This document shows, piece by piece, positions 62,538 through 64,000 of a DNA stretch of 64,000 nucleotides. Under the pieces are notes generated by a model. It ran no database searches. It saw only the letters and a list, made by a program, of their open reading frames with translations, and was not told the origin of the DNA. Position numbers and translations under genes: made by a program. Positions within the stretch are counted from its first letter, which is position 1; every line of letters begins with the position of its first letter. The DNA is from Paragordius varius (taxonomy: Eukaryota > Animalia > Nematomorpha). The stretch covers positions 3,348,001 through 3,412,000 of the forward strand of contig OZ176050.1 in assembly GCA_964247055.1 (NCBI GenBank), written 5' to 3'.

Positions 62538-64000
62538 TTCCTGACCTTTTGGGGTAGATATCCTAAAGAGATTTAAAATTTGAATATAAAAATATAAGGC
62601 ATTAAGCCGAATTAAAAATATGATTTCTTTGTAGGTGCATAATGCAAAAAAATTTTTAAAAGACGAAGTTGTAAATCTTATCTCAAACTTTTCCGCCGCT
62701 TTTATAGTTATAATAAATAATTGACTCTAATAAGCTTTCTGGTTTCATTTTACCAGAAACTTATTTATTGATTTTAAAATTAGCTGTTTAGTTCGATCGT
62801 GTTTTGAAGCTGTCCCAATTTAAGACGCTAGCACTTGTAAAAACTGTAAAAAATATAAGCATTTTTATCTAATTCAGGAGAACAATGTTCGACCTAAATA
62901 ATTAATATAACTTTCAAAGCAGTTTTTTAGTTATAAGATTGAGCTTTAGAATACAAAACTACCCAAATATGTCATGGAGGACAAATTAATGAAATGAGTC
63001 ATGAGGTGTTATATAAGCTTGTTATCTCAAGAAACTAAAAAAACGTTAAGCAATATAATTAATAATTATTTAGATCCAAGCCCAAAACATTGATGGTACT
63101 GTCCTGGCTAAAGAATTTTATGAAAATTTTTATGTCGTAAAAATTCTTCACTCACAATCTGGTGGCCTAATGACTCTTGATGCTCCACAAACTACAGATA
63201 CTGCTAGCACTATAACACGCTCTTTTCGCAAATTCCTAAGTGTTGAACCTAGTAAATAATACAGTATGAGTAAATATATTGCTGGTTTTCATTGCATAAT
63301 TGCCCGATACCATATACAGCAAAGATAATTATTATTAGCTAATAGCAATAAAAATTGGAAAAATAACTTTAAGCCAATAATATTCCATTTACTATATATA
63401 TACTGGCATTATTTAATAAAACCTAGCAATATATACTTTTACTCATACTGTAAAATCACTCATATCAAAAGCTTATTCGTATTTCATATACTATCCATGT
63501 AAGTCTTTGAAACTAACTTGGATGGCAAAAAGTTTTCCAAATTTTAACTAGAAGTGATCTTACAATACAGATAGAATCAATGACAGAATTAAATGCCATG
63601 CTTTTAAATACAGTTTAGAGTCTTTTTTTTTCTTTTTTTATTAATGAGTAGGGACTTAAATTTTATGGTAAGTATCTTCAAGTGTCATGCTTTTAAAAGG
63701 CCATCATATATGCGAAGGCTACAAAAAACTATTTAGTAATATCCTTTGGCTGTGGTAAAAATTGAATTTTGCACAGATAGGCGTCTTTTTCAAAAAAAGG
63801 TTGTTTTTAATATTATGTTATTATCGGGTTATATTATTTGGGGACCTTAAATTTAGTTATATACCAAAAGAAAATAAACGACCCAAAAAAAATAAATTAA
63901 AATTCTAACAGCCTACGCGATTATTATCTTTGTTTCTTGTTTAGATCAATACTATGATATGAAAGATATTTGCGCCTTTTTGACTGAATCCGATACTTAT
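60721..64000 (+). CDS. Tandem paralog of the 353-aa secreted protein (exons 1-6, truncated by window end)
   Basis: Exons 60721-60778, 61469-61538, 61617-61650, 62278-62418, 63074-63251, 63945->64000. Same lengths and phases as copy 1, frame open, few substitutions (e.g. Y10C, S17F, L-to-P in exon 2, S-to-A in exon 5). Confidence 0.85.

Larger units (their letters stand above)
49520..64000 (+). repeat. Segmental tandem duplication containing the secreted-protein gene (~49520-55100 vs ~57715->64000)
   Basis: Collinear matches from upstream sequence (…aatgttatgtgcgagat… at ~49550 and ~57735) through exon 6. Copy 2 carries an extra ~2.2 kb LINE at 58171-60409. Confidence 0.9.

Overview
AT-rich animal (eukaryotic) genomic DNA with spliceosomal introns; no prokaryotic features, CRISPR array, rRNA or credible tRNA. 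Main content: (1) the first 16 coding exons (935 codons) of an alpha-spectrin gene on the minus strand (9226 to 629, continuing off the left edge), with one GC-AG intron and three ~36-38 aa Ser/Thr/acidic loop insertions; (2) a ~5.5-5.7 kb tandem duplication (14.3-25.4 kb) and a partial inverted third copy (~48-49 kb), carrying decayed pieces of the spectrin 5' end; (3) an unrecognised, locally expanded gene family built on a ~320-nt phase 1-1 exon (…GGRQPHMASGE…FFNFKRR…SAITG), with about ten intact or decayed copies in tandem and head-to-head layouts, plus a palindromic pair of MTHSFV first exons and duplicated QSPSKGLVDD exons; (4) a 9-exon, 353-aa signal-peptide orphan gene (50267-54976, +) and its tandem paralog (60721 to window end); (5) many transposon remnants: a hAT (Charlie/SPIN-type) element, two RTE-clade LINEs (one internally inverted), non-autonomous Helitrons, and TTAA-, TA- and 8-bp-TSD MITE families. 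All gene models were assembled by hand from GT/AG sites and phase compatibility. Similarity levels are by-eye estimates; no database search was run.
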